A DNA stretch of 64,000 nt from Mobula birostris (GCF_030028105.1 NC_092371.1:143788490-143852489), one strand, 5' to 3'; counted from the first letter of the stretch, positions 11,225 to 23,135 are shown. Translations and numbers: made by a program. Notes: generated by a model from the letters alone, not told the origin.

Positions 11225-12668
11225 CAAACCCCATTTCCAGAAAAGTTGGGATATTTTCCAAAATGCAATGAAAACAAAAATCTGTGATATGTTAATTCAC
11301 GTGAACCTTTATTTAACTGACAAAAGTACAAAGAAAAGATTTTCAATAGTTTTACTGACCAACTTAATTGTATTTTGTAAACATACACAAATTTAGAATT
11401 TGATGGCTGCAACACACTCAACAAAAGTTGGGACAGAGGCATGTTAACCATTGTGTTACGTCACCTTTCCTTTTAATAACACTTTTTATTCATTTTGGAA
11501 CTGAGCATTCTAATTGTAGTAGATTTACAATTGGAAATTTTGTCCATTCTTGCTTGATATAAGACTTCAGCTGCTCAACAGTCCGTAGTCTCCATTGTCT
11601 GATTCTCCTCTTCATGATGCGCTATACATTTTCAATAGGAGATAGATCTGGACTGGCAGCAGGCCAGTCAAGCACATGCACTCTGTGTCTACAAAGCCAC
11701 GCTGTTGTAGCTCATGCAGAATGTGGTCTGGCATTGTCCTGCTGAAATAAGCATGGACGTCCCGGGAAGAGACATCACCTTGATAGCAACATATGTCTCT
11801 CTAAAATCCTAATATACGCCTCAGAGTCAATGGTATCTTCACATACATGCAACTCACCCATGCCGTGGGCACTGATGCACCCCCATACCGTCACAGATGC
11901 TGGCTTTTGCACCTTTCGCTGATAACAATCTGGATGGTCGTTTTCATCTTTGGCACGGAGAACTCGACGCCCGTTTTTTCCGAAAACTAGCTGAAATATG
12001 GACTCATCTGACCACAGCACACGGTTCCACAGTCTTTCGGTCCATCTGAGATGAACTTGGGGCCAGAGAACTCGCCGGCGTTTCTGCATAGAGTTGATGT
12101 ACGGCTTCCTCCTTGCGTAATACAGTTTCAAGTTGCATTCCTGGATGCAGCAACGGACTGTGTTGAGTGACAATGGTTTTCCAAAGTACTCCCGAGCCCA
12201 GGTGGCTATAATTGTCACAGTAGCATGACAGTTTCTTAGGCAGTGCTGCCTGAGAGCTCGAAGATCACGCGCATTCAACAGTGGTTTCCGACCTTGCCCT
12301 TTACGCACTGAGATGCCTCTGAATTCTATGAATCTTTTCACAATATTATGTACAGTAGATGTTGAAAGATCTAAATTCTCTGCAATCTTGCATTGAGAAA
12401 TGTTCCTTTTGAACTGATACTTGAATATTCTGTGCACTTTTCAATCTTATTTTAACTCTGTCCCAACTTTCGTTGAGTGTGTTACAGCCATCAAATTCTA
12501 AATTTGTGTACGTTTACAAAATACAATTAAGTTGGTCAGTAAAACTATTGAAAATCTTTTCTTTGTACATTTGTCAGTAAATAAAGGTTCACGTGAATTA
12601 ACATATCACAGATTTTTGTTTTTATTGCATTTTGGAAAATATCCCAACTTTTCTGGAAATGGGGTTTG
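11225..12668 (-). mobile_element. Tc1 (DD34E) transposon with ~213-bp TIRs, non-autonomous pseudocopy
   Basis: TA|CAAACCCC...GGGGTTTG|TA. TIRs 11225-11438 and 12456-12668 differ at about 6 sites. ORF 11775-12437 carries HTH, GRK and WSDES motifs, then QQDN and SPDLSPIEN after stops. Confidence 0.95.
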
Positions 12669-13828
12669 TAGATCCATTGATAAATGAACACCTGTTCTTC
12701 AGAATTTTCTCCAATAACTTTCCTAACACTGATGATATGCCAGTTCCTAACTAAAACTAAACTCAATCTGCAGGAGCTCCCTCAGTTATCCAACCTTTCA
12801 TAAGTATTTGTAGAATCACAGCCTATAAAGCAATAATAGGAGTTAATTTGGCCAAAGTGATTTTAGAGGAACAACAGTTACAACTACATGCAGTTCAAGG
12901 CTGCTGGAAGTGAAAATGCAGTTTAAAGCTGTTTTGCATTGCTGATACAGTAAATCCCAGTGATTCAACATCTGGCTCACCAGGTAATACTTGTTGTGTT
13001 CCCTCTGACTCACCAAGGCCCTGGTTCCTACATCCCCTTTAATCATGTCAGATTCACTGGATAATAATCGATCGCTCCCTCCATACCTCTCTATAATATT
13101 ATGTAACATTTGAAAAACAAAAGTGAATTTAAAAAGTATAGAAGTAACATCCAACTGTACACAAAATTTGATAGTGGGGAAGAGAGTCTTCACCACTAAA
13201 CTTCTCATCAGCATTTCTTCTGCCCAAAGCAGTTAATTCCATGGGATATTTGGCTACATAAGTGAAGATGCCATTCTCCAATATGTGAACAGCCCTAAAA
13301 CACAGAGTTTCTTCTCACTCAACATCCAAACATGCATATCCTATATACATCACCATATAGCAAATGGGGGTAGAAATTCTGCCACCCCCCTCCACCCTGC
13401 AGGACAAATTATAGTGCCATCATTATAATCCAAACAAGATCAACTAATAGAGAGAGGAGCTGCTAATCAGAACATCAAATCTGTTTTGATGTGCAGGCAA
13501 ATATCTGATGCACAAAACTAACTGTAATCTACATTAGTCAAGAAGAAACAATTGAAAGAATCTCTTTCTGCACTACATTGACAACTGCATTGCTACATGC
13601 ACCCATGCTGAGTTTGTGAATTTCATCAACTTTCCCTCCAATTTCCACTCTGCCCTGAATTTCACTTGGTCCATTTTTGACACCTCCCTGATATCTTTTA
13701 CAAACCCACCAATTCCCAAGGCTATCTTGACCAAACCTCTTCCCACCACATCTGTAAAATCTCATTCCCTTTTCTCAGTTCCTTCATCTCTGTCGCATGT
13801 TCCCAATATGAGGCTTTCCTTTCCAAGA

Positions 13829-14021
13829 CATAACATAACATAGAACGCAGAATAGTACAGCACATTACAGGCCCTTCAGCCCACAATGTTGTGCCGACCC
13901 TCAAACCCTGCCTCCCATATAACCCTCCCACCTTAAATTCCTCCATATACCTGTCTAGTAGTCTCTTAAACTTCACGAGTGTATCTGCCTCCACCACTGA
14001 CTCAGGCAGTGCATTCCACAC
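13829..14021 (-). mobile_element. CR1 3' end inserted in the old Penelope copy
   Basis: MWNALPESVVEADTLVKFKRLLDRYME; same subfamily as the 3' end of 3143-7347; short-repeat tail. Confidence 0.88.
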
Positions 14022-14262
14022 ACCTCAGAGATGTCCTCCTTCTTCAAAGGACAGGGTCTCTCTTCCTCCTCCATTGATTCTGCCCTCACCTGCATCTCCT
14101 CCTTTTCCCACATATCCATGCTCACCCGATCTTCCCACTGCCTTAACAGGGATAGAGTTCCTCATCCTCACCTACCACCCCATGAGCATTCAACATATTC
14201 TCTGCAACTTCTATCATCTTCAATGAGACCCTACCACCAGACACGTCTTCACCATTACACTA

Positions 14263-14548
14263 GGTAGCGTAGTGGTTAGGGAGACGCCATTACAGCTCAG
14301 GGCGTTTGGAGTTCAATTCCAGCGCTGTTCTGTAAGGAGCTTCTGTATGCCCTCCTGACAGAATGTATGGGTGTTCTCCGGGTCCTCCAGTATCCTCTCA
14401 CAGTCTAAAAGACGTACCAGGCAAGGTTGGTCATTGTAAATTGTCTCTTGATTTAGACTAGGGTTAAATAGGAGTTGCAGAGTTGCTGGACTGACGTGGC
14501 TCAAAGAGCCAATAGGGCCTACTCAGTGCTGTATCGCTAAAATAAATA
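14263..14548 (+). mobile_element. HE1-like V-SINE
   Basis: GGTAGCGTAGTGGTTAG...GAGTTCAATTCC...CTCCGGGT...CACAGTCTAAAAGACGTAC; AAATAAAT tail. Confidence 0.8.
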
Positions 14549-14679
14549 TCCCTCCACTCTCTGCAGGGATCACTGCCTCCGTGACTCCCTTGTTCATTCG
14601 TCCCTCCCAACTTAAACTCCCTCTGGCACTTATCCCTGTAAGCAGCAGTAGTGTTACACCTGCCCACTCACCTCTTCTG

Positions 14680-17285
14680 AGAAATTCTAAGGGTTGAAAG
14701 ACCCTAATGGGAGTTATCTACAGGCCCCCAAACAGTAGTCTGGATATAGGGTGTAAGTTGAATCAAGAGTTAAAATTGGCATATCGCAAAGGTAATGCTA
14801 CAGTTGTTATGGGGGATTTCAACATGCAGGTAGACTGGAGGAATCAGGTTGGCACTGGACTCCATGAAAAGGGAGTTTGTGGAGTCCCTCCGAAATGGAT
14901 TCTTAGAACAGCTTGTACTGGAGCCTACCAGAGAGAACACAATTCTAGATTTAGTGTTGTGCAATGAACCGGACTTGATCAGGGACCTCCAGGTAAAGGA
15001 GCCATTAGGAGGCAGTGACCATAATATGATATGTTTTAGTCTACAACTTGAGAGGGAGAAGGGAAACTCGGAAGTGTCAGTATTACAGTTGAACAAAGGG
15101 AACTATGGTGCTATGAGGGAGGAGCTGGCCAAAGTTCAATGGAACAATACCCTAGCAGGGATGACAGTGGAACAGCAATGGCAAGTGTTTCTGGGAGTAA
15201 TGCGGAAGGTGCAGGATCAGTTCGTTCCAAAGAGGAAGAAAGATCCTAAGGGGAGTAAGGGGAGGCCGTGGCTGACAAGGGAAGTAATGGACAGTATAAA
15301 AATGAAAGAGAAGAAGTATAACATAGCAAAGCCGAGTGGGAAGCCAGACAATTGGGAAAATTTTAAAGAGCAACAGAAGGTAACTAAAAAGACAATATGC
15401 GGAGGAAAAAATGAGGCACTAAGGTAAACTAGCCAAGAATATAAAGGAGGATAGTAAAAGCTTCTTTAGTATGTGAAAAGGAAAAAAATAGTTAAGACCA
15501 AAATTGGGCCCTTGAAGACAGAAACAGGTGAATTTATTATGGGGATCAAGGAAATGGCAAACAAGTTGAACAGGTACTTTGGATCTGTCTTCACTAGGGA
15601 AGACACAAACAATCTCCTAGATATAATAGTGGCCAAAGGACCGAGGGTAATGGATGAACTGAAGGAAATTTATATTAGGCAGGAAATGGTGTTGGACAGA
15701 CTGCTGGGTCTGAAGGCTGATAAGTCCCCAGGACCTGATGGTCTGCATCCCAGGGTACTTAAGGAGGTGGCTTTAGAAATCGTGGACGCATTGGTAATCA
15801 TTTTCCAATGTTCTATAGATTCAGGATCAGTTCCTGTGGATTGGAGGGTGGCTAATGTTGTCCCTCTCTTCAAGAAGGGAGGAAGAGAGAAAACAGGGAA
15901 TTATAGACCGGTTAGCCTGACGTCGGTGGTGGGAAAGATGCTGGAGTCAATTATAAAAGATGAAATTATGACACATCTGGATAGTAGTAACAGGATCAGT
16001 CCGAGTCAGCATGGATTTACGAAGGGGAAATCGTGCTTGACTAATCTTCTGGAATTTTTTGAGGATGTAACTATGAAAATGGACAAGGAGAGCCATTGGA
16101 TGTGGTGTACCTGGACTTTCAGAAAGCCTTTGATAAAGTCCCACATAGGAGATTAGTGGGCAAAATTAGGGCACATGGTATTGGGGGCAGAGTACCGACA
16201 TGGATTGAAAATTGGCTGGCTGACAGAAAACAAAGAGTAGCGACTAACGGGTCCCTTTCGGAATGGCAGGTGGTGACCAGTGGGGTACCGCAGGGTTCAG
16301 TGCTGGGACCGCAGCGGTTTACAATATATATTAATGACTTAGATGAGGGAATTGAAAGTAACATTAGCAAATTTGCCGATGACACAAAGCTGGGTGGCAG
16401 TGTGAAATGTGAGGAGGATGTTATGAGAATGCAGGGTGACTCGGACAGGCTGGGTGAGTGGGCAGATCCAGTTTAATGTGGATAAGTGTGAGGTTATCCA
16501 CTTTGGTGGTAAGAACAGGAAGGTAGATTATTATCTAAATGGAGTCAAGTTAGGAAAAGGGGAAGTACAATGAGATCCAGGTGTTCTTGTACATGAGTCA
16601 CTGAAAGCAAGCATGCAAGTACAGCAGGCAGTGAAGAAAGCTAATGGCATGCTGGCCTTCATAACAAGGGGAATTGAGTATGAGCAAAGAGGTCCTTCTG
16701 CAGCTGTACAGGGCCCTGGTGAGACCACACCTGGAGTACTGTGTGCAGTTTTGGTCTCCAAATTTGAGGAAGGACATTCTTGCTATTGAGGGAGTGCAGC
16801 GTAGGTTCACAAGGTTAATTCCCGGGATGGCGGGACTGTCATATGTTGAAAGATTGAAGCGACTGGGCTTGTATACTCTGGAACTTAGGTGGCTGAGAGG
16901 GTATCTTATTGAAACATATAAGATTATTAAGGGATTGGACACGCTGGAGGCAGGAAGCATGTTCCCGCTGATGGGTGAGTCCAGAACCAGAGGCCACAGT
17001 TTAAGAATTAGGGGTAGGCCATTTAGAACGGAGTTGAGGAAAAACTTTTTCACCCAGAGAGTGGTGGATGTATGGAATGCTCTGCCCCAGAAGGCTGTGG
17101 AGGCCAAGTCTCTGGATGCTTCCAAGAAAGAGATGGATAGAGCTCTTAAAAGATAGCAGAATCAAAGGTAATGGGGATAAGGCAGGAACTGGATACTGAT
17201 TGTGGATGATCAGCCATGATCATAGTGAATGGTGGTGCTGGCTCAAAGGGCCGAATGGCCTACTCCTGCACCTATTGTCTATTGC
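14680..17285 (+). mobile_element. 5'-truncated CR1 LINE ORF2 (APE + RT), frameshifted
   Basis: [34 protein letters not shown] and FADD motifs; (CTATTGT) tail. Confidence 0.95.
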
Positions 17286-17875
17286 CTGTTGTCTTCCTTC
17301 ACCTTCATTCGGGGTCCCAATCAGTCCTTCCAGGTGAGGCAACAATTCACCTGCAAATCTGTCGTCTACCATATCCAATGCAGCTTCCTCTATATTGATG
17401 AGACCTGACGTAAATTGGGAGACCATTTGTCGCGGACCTTATTTCCATCCTCAATAAGTGGAATTTCCCAGTGACCAACCATTTCAATTCCACTCCCCAT
17501 TCCCATTCTGACATGTGGATCTACGGCCTCCTCTTCTGCCATGATGAGGTCACTCTCAGGTTGGAGGAGCAACATCTCATATTCCATCTGGGCAGCCTCA
17601 GCCTGATGGCATGAACATCGATTTCTCCAACTTCTGCTAATTTTTTCCCCTTCTTCATTTCCCCACTCTGGCCTCTTACCTCTTCTCCTCCCTTGCCTAT
17701 TACCTCCCACTGGTGCCCTCCTCTTTCCCTTTCTCCCATTATCCACTCACCTAGCAGATTCATTCTTCTCCAGCCCTTTGTCTTTTCCACTTACTATCTC
17801 CCAGCTTCATACTTCACCGCACTTCCCCCCCCCCCCCCCACCCCCATCCCCCAAACCTGGCTTCATCTATCATCT

Positions 17876-18043
17876 ACAAAGGAAAATCTGCAGATGCTGG
17901 AAACCTGAGCAACACGCACAAAATGCTGAAGGAACTCAGCAGGCCAGGCAGCATCTAGGAAAGCAAAACATCAACTGTACTTTTTTCCTAGATGTTGCTT
18001 GGCCTGCTGAGTTCCCCCAGCATCCAGCATTCTGTGTGTGTTG
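17876..18043. mobile_element. 168-bp foldback mini-element built from two inverted Penelope 3' termini
   Basis: Inverted arms GCAACAC...CAGCATCTAGGAAA / TTTCCTAGATG...GTGTGTTG, flanked by TTCATCTATCATCT and TTCACCTACCACCT (11/14 identical, likely TSD). Confidence 0.7.
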
Positions 18044-18118
18044 TTCACCTACCACCTGCTAGCTTGTCCTCCTTCCTCTCGCCACACCCTCTTACTCTGG
18101 CATCATTCCCCTTCCTTT

Positions 18119-18156
18119 CAGTCCTGATTAAGGGTCTGGACCTGAAACGTCGACTG
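18119..18156 (+). ncRNA. Hammerhead motif with core mutation (CUGAUUA)
   Basis: CAGTC-CTGATTA-AGGGTCTGGACCT-GAAACGTC-GACTG. Confidence 0.55.
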
Positions 18157-19551
18157 TTTATTCACTTCCATCGATGCTGCCTGACCTGTGGAGTTTCTCC
18201 AGCATTTTGTGTGCGTTGCTCCAATTCAAAGATTCTGCAACTTTTAGTAGTATTGGACAGAGCTTAGCGCCGACTTTCTCTGGAGCAGATGTTCCAATCA
18301 TAAATTGTTAATGGACTTCATCCAAGAAGTGTTTTGTAACCCTTTTAAATCAGACAACAAAACAGTCTATTTTGGTATGAAAGATACATGAGAACGCTGG
18401 ATGGAATCTGCTGCTGCCAATAATCCTGATAGTATAAGCTGTTAAACTGCTATCACTTTCAGTGAAGGTGAGTAAAATTGGAAATCACTCTTTAATAAAT
18501 AAAACATGACTTTGTGAACAGTTAGATGTTATTTCTATAAATAAATGCTCCAATGTACTTTAAATTCACTTCTGTTTTTCCAAATGTTACATAGTATTAT
18601 GAACTGGAAACTGCCTGAAAATTTGAGTCCTGTAGGATATGGAAGAAACTGCAGCAACACTGGAGGACAGGAGACTCAAGACATCCATAAAAATGGAACA
18701 AGCTAATTAACAGAACTGCCAGCTGTAAGTACATAAACACTGGGTATTTAATTTCCACAATTACCTAAAACCTTACCAAAGCAAGTACCAACAATAATTA
18801 AATACAGAGGATGCAGGTTCTGGAGTCTGGAGAAATATAAAAAGCACTCGAGGAATTCAATAGGTCAGGCAGCATCTATGGAGGAAAATAATTACAAAGA
18901 AACTTTTAAAGAATTAGTGTTCTGAAAATATCAAGGTTAATATAGCTGGGCAGTTTTTAACAATGGTGGCAGCAACTGTGAGTCAGCCCACAATCTTGCC
19001 AGGTTCATTTCAAGCACAAGGCTAACTTAAGCACACGTTGCTGTGAATTGCAGACTGCAAAGCTGACACCTGATTGCTTATTAATACAACGAAAGCTTAA
19101 CACTTAGAACCTGGAACCAACTACAGTACAATTCTGTCTCAGTAATAGATAAGCCTAGAACCAAGAGTAGCAATAAATGTCAGCAATGGAATAGCTGTTA
19201 ATCCATCCGATCCCAGAACCTGAGCATTAAAATTCTCACTTTTTAAAATCCCTGCTGATTTATAATCCTTTTATATATAGCTTCTACATTAAAGTGAACT
19301 TCCTCTCTGAAGTACCTCAACAGATAGGCATGTCTGCAGATGTCTGAGTTGTTGCCTTGTGGGTTAATACAGCTCAGGGTTTGCATAATTTTCAAGGTCT
19401 AAAGGTCCAAATCCGACCCACTGCAAAGCTGGAGATTCAAAAACAAAATACGCCACACAACAGGAATATTGCAGATGCTGGAAATTCAAGCAACACACAT
19501 CAAAGTTGCTGGTGAATGCAGCAGGCCAGGCAGCATCTCTAGGAAGAGGTA

Positions 19552-19589
19552 CAGTCGACGTTTCAGGCCGAGACCCTTCGTCAGGACTA
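19552..19589 (-). ncRNA. Minimal type-I hammerhead ribozyme motif (intact core), PLE-encoded
   Basis: Minus strand UAGUC-CUGACGA-AGG(GUCUCGG)CCU-GAAACGUC^GACUG: helix I AGUC/GACU, CUGANGA and GAAA boxes, palindromic ACGU helix III, GUC cleavage triplet. Confidence 0.8.
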
Positions 19590-22585
19590 ACTGAAGGAAG
19601 AGTTAGTAAGAGATTTGAAAGTGGGAGGGGGAGGGGGGAGATCCAAAATGATAGGAGAAGACAGGAGGGGGAGGGATGGAGCCAAGAGCTAGACAGGTGA
19701 TTGGCAAAGGGGATACGAGAGGATCTTGGGACAGGAGGTCCGGGGAGAAAGACAAGGGGGGGGGGGTGGAACCAGAGGACGGGCAAGGGGTATAGTAAGA
19801 GGGACAGAGGGAGAAAAAGGAGAGTGAGAGAAAGAATGTGTGTATAAAAATAAATAACGAATGGGGTACGAGGGGGAGGTGGGGCATTAGCGGAAGTTAG
19901 AGAAGTCAATGTTCATGCCATCAGGTTGGAGGCTACCTTGATGGAATATAAGGTGTTGTTCCTCCAACCTGAGTGTGGCTTCACTTTACAGTAGAGGAGG
20001 CCGTGGATAGTCATGTCAGAATGGGAATGGGATGTGGAATTAAAATGTGTGGCCACTGGGAGATCCTGCTTTCTGTGGCGGACAGAGTGTAGGTGTTCAG
20101 CAAAGCAGTCTGCCAGTCTGCGTTGGGTCTCGCCAATATATAGAAGGCCACATCGGGAGCACCGGACGCAGTATATCACCCCAGCCGACTCACAGGTGAA
20201 GTGTCGCCTCACCTGGAAGGACTGTCTGGGGCCCTGAATGGTGGTAAGGGAGGAAGTGTAAGGGCATGTGTAGCACTTGTTCCGCTTCAACCCTCCTGTT
20301 CTTCATGGACCTTCTCCCATCTTCAACCCTCCTCTTCTTCATGGATACCCCGCTCTGGTCTTCTGCCTGCTCTGGATCTCTTTATTGCTAACTGCCGACG
20401 GGACATCAACCGTCTCGACTTCACCGCACCTTGTTCCCATTCCAACCTCACTCCTTCCGAACGCTCTGCTCTCCACTCCCTCCGCACTAATCCTAACCTT
20501 ATTATTAAACCCGCCGATAAGGGGGATGCTGTTGTAGTCTGGCGTACTGACCTCTACCTTGCCGAGGCACAGCGACAACTCGCAGATACCTCCTCTTATT
20601 TACTCCTCGATCGTGACCCCACTAAGGAGCACCAGGCCATTGTCTCCCACACCATCACCAACTTTATCCACTCAGGGGATCTCCCATCCACTGCTACCAA
20701 CCTTAAAGTTCCCACACCCCACACTTCCCGTTTCTACCTCCTATCCAAGATCCACAAACCTGCCTGTCCTGGCAGACCTATTGTCTCAGCTTGCTCCTGC
20801 CCCACCGAACTCGTTTCTGCATACTTCAACATGGTTTTATCCCCCCTTGTTCAATCCCTTCCTACCTATGTTCGTGACACTTCTCACACTCTTAAACTTT
20901 TCGATGATTTTAAGTTCCCTGGCCCCCACCGCTTTATTTTCACCATGGATGTCCAGTCCCTATATACTTCCATTCCCTATCAGGAAGGTCTCAAAGCTCT
21001 CCACTTCTTTTTGATTCCAGACCTAATCAGTTCCCCCCTACCACCACTCTGCTCCGTCTAGCGGAATTAATCCTTACTCTTAATAATTTCTCCTTTGGCT
21101 CCTCCCACTTCCTCCAAACTAAAGGTGTAGCTATGGGCACCCGTATGGGTCCGAGCTATGCCTGCCTTTTTGTTGGCTTTGTGGAACAATCTATGTTCCG
21201 TGCCTATTCTGGTATCTGTCCCCCAGTTTTCCTTCGCTACGTCGACGACTGCATTGGCACTGCTTCCTGCACGTATGCTGAGCTCGTTGACTTTATTAAC
21301 TTTGCCTCCAACTTTCACCCTGCCCTCAAGTTTACCTGGTCCATTTCCGACACGGCCCTCCCCTTTCTAGATCTTTCTGTCTCTGTCTCTGGAGACAGCT
21401 TATCCACTGATGTCTACTATAAGCCTACTGACTCTCACAGCTATCTGGACTATTCCTCTTCTCACCCTGTCTTTTGCAAAAATGCCATCCCCTTCTTGCA
21501 ATTCCTCTGTCTCCTCCGCATCTGCTCTCAGGATGAGGCTTTTCATTCCAGGACGAGGGAGATGTCCTCCTTTTTTAAAGAAAGGGGCTTCCCTTCCTCC
21601 ACTATCAACTCTGCTCTCAAACGCATCTCCCCCATTTCACGCACATCTGCTCTCACTCCATCCTCCCGCCACCCCACTAGGAATAGGGTTCCCCTGGTCC
21701 TCACCCACCACCCCACCAGCCTCCGGGTCCAACATATTATTCTCCGTAACTTCCGCCACCTCCAACAGGATCCCACCACTAAGCACATCTTTCCCTCCCC
21801 CCCCTCCTGCTTTCCGCAGGGATTGCTCCCTACGCGACTCCTTTGTCCATTCGTCCCCCCCATCCCTCCCCACTGATCTCCCTCCTGGCACTTATCCTTG
21901 TAAGCGGAACAAGTGCTACACATGCCCTTACACTTCCTCCCTTACCACCATTCAGGGCCCCAGACAGTCCTTCCAGGTGAGGCGACACTTCACCTGTGAG
22001 TCGGCTGGGGTGATATACTGCATCCGGTGCTCCCGATGTGGCCTTTTATATATTGGCGAGACCCGACGCAGACTGGGAGACCGCTTTGCTGAACACCTAT
22101 GCTCTGTCCGCCAGAGAAAGCAGGATCTCCCAGTGGCCACACATTTTAATTCCACATCCCATTCTGACATGTCTATCCACGGCCTCCTCTATTGTAAAGA
22201 TGAAGCCACACTCAGGTTGGAGGAACAACACCTTATATTCCGTCTGGGTAGCCTCCAACCTGATGGCATGAACATTGACTTCTCTAACTTCCGCTAATGC
22301 ACCACCTCCCCCTCGTACCCCATCCGTTATTTATTTTGATACACACATTCTTTCTCTCACTCTCCTTTTTCTCCCTTTGTCCCTCTTTCTATACCCCTTG
22401 CCCATCCTCTGGTCCCCCCCACCCCCCGTCTTTTTCCTCGGACCTCCTGTCCCAAGATCCTCTCATATCCCCTTTGCCAATCACCTGTCCAGCTCCTGGC
22501 TCCATCCCTTCCCCATCCTGTCTTCTCCTATCATTTTGGATCTCCCCCTCCCCCTTTCAAATCTCTTACTAACTCTTCCTTCAGT

Positions 22586-22623
22586 TAGTCCTGACGAAGG
22601 ATCTCGGCCTGAAACATCAACTG
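22586..22623 (+). ncRNA. Hammerhead ribozyme motif, degenerate
   Basis: TAGTC-CTGACGA-AGGATCTCGGCCT-GAAACATC-AACTG. Two CpG-type G>A changes break the ACGT palindrome and helix I. Confidence 0.65.
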
Positions 22624-22914
22624 TACCTCTTCCTAGAGATGCTGCCTGGCCTGCTGCGTTCACCAGCAACTTTGATGTGTGTTGACAAAATACGCCACTC
22701 TTGTTTTCATAGCTGAGATGTGTGGCTCAAGGAATAACAAGACAACTAGTCATGATGCGAGTGGGATTTTATTGCAGTAATGATAATGATAATGAAACCT
22801 TATGTATCCCTGCAGTTTCAGTTTAACCTGACCCAAGTTGAACTCTGCTGTCCCAAACAATTAAAATACCAATTATAGAATGTGTATGCTTTAATTTCAC
22901 TCCATTCTGATTAA

Positions 22915-23135
22915 ATAAGTGACATTCTAATGAGCTTGAGCTGCCCATTTACACCTATATGACCAAGTAACATACTAGCTTGTATATCTTTGGAATGAGG
23001 GAGCAAACTGGAGCACCTGGAGGAAACCCATGCAGTCACGGGGAGGATGTGCAAACTCCTTACAAACAGCGGAAGAATTAAGTGTGGGTCACTGATGCTG
23101 TATAGCATAGGCTAACGATTATGCTACCGTGGCCA
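22915..23135 (-). mobile_element. V-SINE
   Basis: Minus strand GAGTTTGCACATCCTCCCCGTGACTGCATGGGTTTCCTCCAGGTGCTCCAGTTTGCTCCC (V domain). Confidence 0.78.

Larger units (their letters stand above)
13560..18240 (+). mobile_element. Old Penelope-like element (RT C-terminus, GIY-YIG remnant, 3' UTR) fragmented by four nested insertions
   Basis: FLHYIDNC (YIDD-like) motif; pieces collinear with 21230-22684, at about 13560-13828, 14022-14250, 14549-14680, 17286-17875 and 18044-18240. Confidence 0.8.
19457..22684 (+). mobile_element. Penelope-like element (Neptune-type RT + Zn-finger linker + GIY-YIG) with inverted ~0.8-kb terminal arms and 14-bp TSD
   Basis: TSD ACAAAATACGCCAC at 19443-19456 and 22685-22698. 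RT motifs KPADKG, KIHK, GRPIVS, MDVQSLYT, MGTRMGP, RYVDD. Linker CKRNKCYTC; endonuclease GVIY...YIGET. Two frameshifts. 19490-20287 is the reverse complement of 21902-22684. Confidence 0.95.

Noticed and set aside
12843-13214. 123-aa minus-strand ORF with a GTGAGT donor-like site as a nested gene or extra exon
   Set aside because: No recognisable homology and no convincing acceptor; exons 18 and 19 already join in frame and match ORC3 without a gap.
19506-19700. Recurrent peptide MLVNAAGQAASLGRG...SGRDPSSG (also at 22481 and 53418) as a small gene family
   Set aside because: It is the antisense reading of the Penelope 3' UTR/hammerhead region, repeated because the element is repeated.
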